Shown here: in pieces, positions 58,306 to 64,000 of the stretch | How the letters are laid out: each line of letters starts with the position of its first letter | Position numbering within the stretch: the first letter of the stretch is position 1 | Assembly (NCBI GenBank): GCA_963800515.1 | Contig: CAWDBC010000007.1 | Location: 304,602-368,601, forward strand | Source: an uncultured Thermoleophilia bacterium | Lineage (GTDB): Bacteria > Actinomycetota > Thermoleophilia > Gaiellales > F1-60-MAGs149 | DNA length: 64,000 nt | Direction of reading: 5' to 3' | Notes under the pieces: generated by a model | The model's input: the letters and a program-made list of their open reading frames with translations, nothing else | Told to the model about the DNA's origin: nothing | Database searches by the model: none | Position numbers and translations under genes: made by a program

Positions 58306-59622
58306 ATGGGCTCAGCCGAATCGCCGTTCTCGAGCATCGAGGAAGCGATCGAGGACTTCCGCGAAGGCAGGATCGTGATCATCGTCGACTCGCCGGACCG
58401 GGAGAACGAGGGCGATCTCGCGATCGCCGCCGAGCACGTCACGCCCGAGGCGATCAACTTCATGGCCACGCACGGACGCGGGTTGATCTGCCTCACCCTG
58501 TCGCCGGAGCGGTGCGACGAGCTGGGCCTGCGGATGATGGTCCAGAACAACGGAACGCCGTACGGCACGGCCTTCACGATCTCGATCGAGGCGCGGGAGG
58601 GGATCGCCACGGGCATCTCCGCCGCCGACCGGGCGCACACGATCAAGGTCGCGGTCGATCCGAGCAAGGGGGCCGCCGACCTGATCCATCCCGGGCACGT
58701 GTTCCCGCTCCGCGCGCGCCCCGGCGGGGTCCTCGAGCGGACCGGGCAGACCGAGGCGTCCGTCGACCTCGCCCGCTGCGCCGGGCTCAATCCCTCGGCC
58801 GTGATCTGCGAGGTGATGAAGGCGGACGGGACGATGGCCCGGGTCGACGACCTCGCCGAGGTCTGTCGCGAGCACGGGATCCGGATGATCACGGTCGACG
58901 ACCTGATCGCCTACCGGCGGCGGACCGAGGTCCTCGTCGAACGGCTGGCCGAGGCCCAGCTGCCGACGAGCGTCGGCGAGTTCGTCGCCGTCGGCTACCG
59001 GTCGAAGATCGACGGCAAGCACCACCTGGCGCTCGTCCACGGCGACATCGCGGGCAAGTCCGACGTCCTCGTCCGCGTCCACTCCGAGTGCGTCACGGGC
59101 GACGTCTTCGGATCGCTGCGCTGCGACTGCGGCGAGCAGCTCGAGGCGTCGCTCGAGCAGATCGTGCGGACCGGCGCGGGCGTCGTCCTCTACCTGGCGC
59201 AGGAGGGCCGCGGGATCGGGCTGCTCAACAAGCTGCGGGCGTACGAGCTCCAGGAGACCGGGCTCGACACGGTCGAGGCGAACCTGGCGCTCGGCTTCCG
59301 GGAGGACGAGCGCGAGTACGGGGTCGGCGCGCAGATCCTGTCCGACCTCGGCCTGGAGTCGATCCGGCTCCTGACCAACAACCCCCGCAAGATCGACGGG
59401 CTGGAGGCGTTCGGGCTGCGCGTGACCGAGAACGTCCCGATCGAGACGAAGCCGAACATCTACAACCTCGCCTACCTGACGGCCAAGCGCGAGAAGCTCG
59501 GCCATCGGCTCCACCACCAGCACCTGAAGTACCAGGACGGCATCCTCCCGCCGAGCGAGCCGCCCCACGAGACCGACCCGGCTGCCGCCGAGGGCGCCGG
59601 ATCCGCCGCCCCGGCCGTCTGA
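58306..59622 (+). CDS. ribBA: Bifunctional DHBP synthase / GTP cyclohydrolase II
   Basis: [59 protein letters not shown]. Confidence 0.97.
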   Translation: MGSAESPFSSIEEAIEDFREGRIVIIVDSPDRENEGDLAIAAEHVTPEAINFMATHGRGLICLTLSPERCDELGLRMMVQNNGTPYGTAFTISIEAREGIATGISAADRAHTIKVAVDPSKGAADLIHPGHVFPLRARPGGVLERTGQTEASVDLARCAGLNPSAVICEVMKADGTMARVDDLAEVCREHGIRMITVDDLIAYRRRTEVLVERLAEAQLPTSVGEFVAVGYRSKIDGKHHLALVHGDIAGKSDVLVRVHSECVTGDVFGSLRCDCGEQLEASLEQIVRTGAGVVLYLAQEGRGIGLLNKLRAYELQETGLDTVEANLALGFREDEREYGVGAQILSDLGLESIRLLTNNPRKIDGLEAFGLRVTENVPIETKPNIYNLAYLTAKREKLGHRLHHQHLKYQDGILPPSEPPHETDPAAAEGAGSAAPAV

Positions 59623-59638
59623 CCTCGAGGCTCCGCCC

Positions 59639-60412
59639 GTGGCCGCGACCTGGGTGATCGGCGACGTGCACGGGTGCGCGCGGCCGCTGCGCGACCTCCT
59701 GCGGCGGGTCGGACTCGTGGACGGCGAGGGCCGCTGGAGCGGGGGCGACGCCACCCTGATCTTCGTCGGCGACTTCGTCGATCGCGGCCCCGACGGCCTC
59801 GCCGTCCTCGCCGACGTCACCCGGCTCGAGGCCGAGGCGGCCGCGGCCGGAGGCACCGTCCGCGGGATCCTCGGCAACCACGACGCGATGTTCCTCGCCG
59901 TCCGCGCGCTCGGCGCCGAGGCGATGCCAGGGCTCGGCCAGTCGTTCCTCGAGCTCTGGGTGATGAACGGCGGCGATCCGGCCGAGCTCAGGGGGGCGCG
60001 CGCCGACCAGGTCGCCTTCCTCCGCTCGCTGCCGGCGGCGATCCTCGTGGGGGACGACCTGATCGTCCACGCCGACTCCGGCTTCTACCTGGACTACGGC
60101 GACTCCGTGCCGACCGTCAACGACGCGGTGTCCCGGATCGTCGCCGGCTCCGACGTCCGCGCCTGGACGGAGCTCCTGATCCACTTCCACCGGCGTCGCG
60201 AGCTCTCGGATCCGGAGCTCGTCGACCGGATGCTCGCGACGCTCGGAGGCCGCCGGATCATCCACGGCCACACGCCGATCCCCTTCGAGTTCGATGTCGA
60301 TCCCGCGACGGTGACCGAGCCGAGGGTGAACGGCGACGGGCGGGTCGTCAACGTCGACGGCGGCCTCTTCCTCGGCTCGCCGGGGGTCGCGCTCCAGCTG
60401 GCCGGTTCGTGA
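59639..60412 (+). CDS. Calcineurin-like metallophosphoesterase (Shewanella-like/PPP type)
   Basis: GDVHG, GDFVDRG, GNHD, VHA, HGHTP, VDGG. Confidence 0.9.
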   Translation: MAATWVIGDVHGCARPLRDLLRRVGLVDGEGRWSGGDATLIFVGDFVDRGPDGLAVLADVTRLEAEAAAAGGTVRGILGNHDAMFLAVRALGAEAMPGLGQSFLELWVMNGGDPAELRGARADQVAFLRSLPAAILVGDDLIVHADSGFYLDYGDSVPTVNDAVSRIVAGSDVRAWTELLIHFHRRRELSDPELVDRMLATLGGRRIIHGHTPIPFEFDVDPATVTEPRVNGDGRVVNVDGGLFLGSPGVALQLAGS

Positions 60413-60425
60413 CCGGCCGGCGAGC

Positions 60426-60617
60426 CTAGAGGGCCTTGACGACCTTCCCGCTCTTCATGCAGCGCGTGCAGGCGTAGGTGCGGACGGCGACGCCGTCGAC
60501 GATCGCGCGGACGCGCTGCAGGTTCGGGTCGAAGCGGCGGCGCGTCGCGACCATGGAGTGGCTCCGGTTGTTCCCGAAGCTCGGCTTGCGGCCGCAGTAG
60601 GAGCACACCCTCGACAT
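60426..60617 (-). CDS. rpmB: 50S ribosomal protein L28 (zinc-binding C+ form)
   Basis: [35 protein letters not shown]. Confidence 0.97.
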   Translation of the reverse strand: MSRVCSYCGRKPSFGNNRSHSMVATRRRFDPNLQRVRAIVDGVAVRTYACTRCMKSGKVVKAL

Positions 60618-60701
60618 GGGCCGGAGTATGGGGGAGGCCGACCGGCTCCGCAAACGGCAACCGCCTGCAACGCGCCCGCTCCCGGCGGCGTCCAACCGGC
60701 G

Positions 60702-61190
60702 ATGTCGTCGAACCCCGCTGGGATCCCCGGGCGCGTCGTGATCTCGGAGCGCGCGCTCGCCCAGCTCGCCCGCGCCGCCGCCCTCGAGGTGTACGGCGTC
60801 GTCGGAACGGGCTTGCGGATCCAGCCTCCGGCGGTCCACGGACTCCGCGGCCGCCCATCGTCGGCCGGCGTCCTCGTCACCCGTCTCGAGCCCGACGGGC
60901 TGAGGCTCGACGTCCACGTCATCCTCGGGCGCGGACTCAACCTGGCCGCGGTCGCCGAGAGCCTGCGCTCGCGGCTCACGTACGAGCTCGCGCAGCGGGC
61001 GGGCGAGCGCGTCGACGCGGTGGTGGTCCACATCGACGGCGTGGCGGACGCGGGGCGGCGCCGGCACCGGCCACGGGGCGCCGCGGCGGCGACGGTGCGC
61101 GTCTCCCGGCGGCTCGCCCGCGCGCTCGTCGGCCGCGGCGGCCGACCCCGTACCGTTCGGGGCTCCCGACGAACGAAGAGGGCTCCTTGA
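60702..61190 (+). CDS. Asp23/Gls24-family protein (YloU-like) with Arg-rich tail
   Basis: [36 protein letters not shown]; rpmB-asp23-dak2 synteny. Confidence 0.8.
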   Translation: MSSNPAGIPGRVVISERALAQLARAAALEVYGVVGTGLRIQPPAVHGLRGRPSSAGVLVTRLEPDGLRLDVHVILGRGLNLAAVAESLRSRLTYELAQRAGERVDAVVVHIDGVADAGRRRHRPRGAAAATVRVSRRLARALVGRGGRPRTVRGSRRTKRAP

Positions 61191-62806
61191 CCGACACCCA
61201 GAGCGTGCTCGCCCGCGTGCGGCGCGTGGTGGCCCACGCCGCCCAGGCCGTCGATCAGTCCCGGGACCGGCTCGACGACCTCAACGTCTACCCGGTGCCG
61301 GACGGCGACACGGGGACGAACCTGTCGCTGACGATGGGGACGGTGCGCTCGGCGATCGAGGACGACACCGGCTCGACCGCCGAGGAGCTCGCCCGGACGA
61401 TCTCGCGGGCGGCGCTGATGGGCGCGCGGGGCAACTCCGGGATCATCCTCTCGCAGATCGTCAAGGGCCTGGCGGGGAGCCTCGGCGCGGCCGCCCGGCT
61501 CGACGCCGCGTCGGTCGCCGACGCGCTCCGCAGCGCCTCCGACGCGGCCTACGCGGCGGTCGCCAAGCCGGTCGAGGGAACGATGCTGACCGTGGTCCGC
61601 GAGCTCGCCGAGGCGGCCGAGGAGGCGAGGGAGCTCCCGCTCGACGCGGCTCTCGACCGCACGCTCGCGGCCGGCGAGGCGTCGCTCGCGCGCACGCCCG
61701 AGCTCCTCCGGATCCTGGCCGACGCGGGGGTCGTCGACGCCGGCGGCGCCGGCGTGATCGAGCTCCTGCGGGGGCGATCGCCGGGCTCCGCGGCACCGCC
61801 CTGCACGTCCCCCCGGATGCGCCCGCGATCACGTGGCGGACGGCGGACCTGCATGCGCAGGAATCGGCGTTCCGGTACTGCACGAACTTCCTCGTCCTCG
61901 CCGCCGCCGTCGACCCGGACGACATCGCCCGGGACCTCGATCCGCTCGGCGACTGCCTCGTCGTCGTCGGCGACCGGGAGGCGATCAAGGTCCACCTGCA
62001 CACGGACGATCCCGGCCGGGCGCTCTCGATCGCCACCGCCGTCGGGGGCCTCTCCGGCGTCGACGTCGCCGACATGCGCGTCCAGATCGAGGAGCGGACG
62101 GCGCGGCTCCCCGTCCGCCACCTGTCCGTCGTGCCCGAGCCGGTGGAGCACCGTGCCTGCGACGTCGTCGCGGTCGTCGCGGGGGAGGGCAACGCGTCGG
62201 CCACGCGGGAGCAGGGCGGTGCGCGGGATCGTCGCCGGCGGACAGTCGGCCAACCCGTCGATCGACGAGCTCCTCCAGGCGATCGAGGCGTGTGCCGCCG
62301 ACGGCGTGATCGTCCTGCCGAACAATCCGAACGTCCAGGGTGCGGCGGAGCGGGCCGCGGCCTCGGCGTCCGTGCCGTGCCGCGTGGTGGCGAGCCCGTC
62401 GATGGCGGTCGGGCTCTCGCTCCTCGTCGGCTACCGGCCCGAGGCGTCGCTCGAGGAGAACGCGGCGGGGATGTCCGACGCGCTCGCCGGGATCGCCTAC
62501 GGGGAGGTGACGCGGGCCGTGCGCGACGCGCGAGTCGACGGCCTGGACGTCCGGTCCGGTCAGCACGTCGGCCTCGTCGGGGGCCGGCTCGTCGTCGCCG
62601 GCGATCGCCTCGAGCACGCGATCGCGATCGTCCTGCAGCACCTCGTCGAGGGCGATCCGTCGGTCCTGACGATCCTGCTCGGCGCCGGTTTCTCCGACCG
62701 CGCGGCGCTCGACGGGGCGCTCGGCGAGCTGGCCGGCCGCGAGCTCGAGGTCGACGTCGTGGACGGCGGCCAGCCGCACTACGAGCTCCTCCTGGCGGCC
62801 GAATGA
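61187..62806 (+). CDS. DAK2-domain fatty acid kinase catalytic subunit (FakA/YloV-like), compensating internal frameshifts about 61770-62220
   Basis: [59 protein letters not shown] in the alternate frame; [20 protein letters not shown]. Confidence 0.92.
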   Translation: MTDTQSVLARVRRVVAHAAQAVDQSRDRLDDLNVYPVPDGDTGTNLSLTMGTVRSAIEDDTGSTAEELARTISRAALMGARGNSGIILSQIVKGLAGSLGAAARLDAASVADALRSASDAAYAAVAKPVEGTMLTVVRELAEAAEEARELPLDAALDRTLAAGEASLARTPELLRILADAGVVDAGGAGVIELLRGRSPGSAAPPCTSPRMRPRSRGGRRTCMRRNRRSGTARTSSSSPPPSTRTTSPGTSIRSATASSSSATGRRSRSTCTRTIPAGRSRSPPPSGASPASTSPTCASRSRSGRRGSPSATCPSCPSRWSTVPATSSRSSRGRATRRPRGSRAVRGIVAGGQSANPSIDELLQAIEACAADGVIVLPNNPNVQGAAERAAASASVPCRVVASPSMAVGLSLLVGYRPEASLEENAAGMSDALAGIAYGEVTRAVRDARVDGLDVRSGQHVGLVGGRLVVAGDRLEHAIAIVLQHLVEGDPSVLTILLGAGFSDRAALDGALGELAGRELEVDVVDGGQPHYELLLAAE

Positions 62807-63666
62807 CCCGGCTCGGCAATCCCGGCACGGCCATCGTCTACGACTCGACGTCCGACCTGCCGGCGGACGGCGCGGGCCGGGGGACCTGGCGGATGGTGCC
62901 GCTGACCGTGACCTTCGGGAGCGAGAGCTTCCGCGACTACGTCGATCTCGACGCGCCCTCGTTCTACCGGCGGCTGGCGGCGAGCCCCGTCGCCCCGACG
63001 ACCTCGCAACCGCCGCCCGAGGCCTTCGCGGAGGCCTACCGGGACCTCCTCGAGCGCCACGACCAGGTCCTGTCGCTCCACGTCGCCGGAACCCTCTCCG
63101 GGACCGTCGAGAGCGCGCGCCTCGCGGCCCGCGAGTTCCCGGAGCGGGTCCACGTCCGCGACACGCTGACCGTCTCGATCGGGCTGGCGACGAGGGTCCG
63201 GGTCGTCCAGTCGATGCTCGACGCCGGCACGACCCTGGACGACGTGGATCGCTACCTCGACGGCGCCGAGGCCCGGACCTGCGTGCGCTTCGCCGTCGGC
63301 ACCCTCGAGTACCTGCAGCGCGGGGGGCGGATCGGCCGCGGGTCGGCGCTCGTGGGCGGGATGCTCTCCGTCAAGCCGATCACCGGGATCGAGAACGGCC
63401 AGGTCGTCCCGGTCCGCCGCGTCCGCGGCGCGCGCCGGGTGATCCCGGCGCTGGTGGCCGAGCTCGAGGCGTTCGTCCCGGCGGGTGGCGGCGGCCGCCT
63501 GGCGATCACCCACTCCGCCGTCCCCGAGGAGGCGGAGGCGCTCCGGGCCGCGCTCCGATCGGCGCGACCGGAGCTCGCGTTCGACGGGGTCAGCGAGCTC
63601 GGGCCGGTCGTCGGCACCCACGCAGGCCCCGGCACGATCGCCTGGTGCGTCGAACGGGCGGTCTGA
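62803..63666 (+). CDS. DegV-family fatty acid binding protein (FakB-like)
   Basis: DSTSDL, PTTSQP, LSGT, LEYLQRGGRIG, VKP, GPVVGTHAGPG. Confidence 0.95.
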   Translation: MTRLGNPGTAIVYDSTSDLPADGAGRGTWRMVPLTVTFGSESFRDYVDLDAPSFYRRLAASPVAPTTSQPPPEAFAEAYRDLLERHDQVLSLHVAGTLSGTVESARLAAREFPERVHVRDTLTVSIGLATRVRVVQSMLDAGTTLDDVDRYLDGAEARTCVRFAVGTLEYLQRGGRIGRGSALVGGMLSVKPITGIENGQVVPVRRVRGARRVIPALVAELEAFVPAGGGGRLAITHSAVPEEAEALRAALRSARPELAFDGVSELGPVVGTHAGPGTIAWCVERAV

Positions 63667-63710
63667 CCGGCCTCCGGCCCACCCGCGGGTCCACCCATCA
63701 GACTGGCGGG

Positions 63711-64000
63711 ATGCTCGGCGAGCGGACGGAGTCCAGGGACTGGCCGCGCCCCCGTCGCGCGCCGGACCCGGCGGCCCTCGCGGCCTCGGCGCTGCCGCCC
63801 GGAAGCCGGGCGCGGGCGCTCGCCGAGGGCTTCGCGGAGCTGGGGATCCGGACCCTCGCCGACGCCCTGGAGTCGCCGCCCTTCCGGTTCGAGGACCTGA
63901 GCGACGTGGCGCCGCTGACGGACCTCGTCGCCGGCCAGGTGGCGACCGTCGTCGGCTCCGTCCGCTCCGTGCGCGAGCGGCCCACCCGCCGGCGCGGCCT
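63711..64000 (+). CDS. recG: 5' part of ATP-dependent DNA helicase RecG (partial)
   Basis: LGIRTLADAL...PFRFEDLS......L..GQVATVVGSV matches the RecG N-terminus; dak2-degV-recG synteny. Confidence 0.8.
   Translation, partial: MLGERTESRDWPRPRRAPDPAALAASALPPGSRARALAEGFAELGIRTLADALESPPFRFEDLSDVAPLTDLVAGQVATVVGSVRSVRERPTRRRG

Noticed and set aside
61770..62220. Divergent Ser/Arg/Pro-rich middle domain in the DAK2 protein
   Set aside because: The conserved YCT and KVH.HT..PG motifs are in the alternate frame; compensating indels

Overview
A very GC-rich bacterial chromosome segment. Gene content and style (DUF2469, RskA-type anti-sigma, DUF3352-like lipoprotein, BldK-order ABC operon, Firmicute-like rpmB-asp23-dak2-degV-recG block) suggest a deep-branching actinobacterium, probably Thermoleophilia/Gaiellales-like; this is inference. 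Most of the window is housekeeping: hpt(3' end), ftsH, folP-folB/K, coaX, dusB, greA, lysS, clpC, wecA/tagO-like, the atp genes, gpsA, metK, priA-def-fmt-rsmB-rpe-ribD-ribE-ribBA, rpmB, dak2, degV and recG(5' end). Accessory insertions: an ECF sigma/anti-sigma pair between hpt and ftsH; a BldK/Opp-type ABC importer that splits the ATP synthase operon between atpG and atpD; and a compact ~7.4 kb module at 38256-45689. That module is the best candidate for an undescribed system. A cytoplasmic PAS-PAS hybrid kinase with an Hpt domain sits divergent from a translationally coupled operon: receiver-domain/PIG-L deacetylase fusion, ATP-grasp ligase, PHP hydrolase, processive GT2 synthase and a 52-aa membrane peptide, with sigma28-like promoter motifs in the spacer. 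Many essential genes carry indels (about 15 in atpA alone) that look like assembly or consensus artefacts, not pseudogenes. The riboflavin synthase gene appears to start with CTG. I recognised no rRNA, tRNA, CRISPR array or mobile element.
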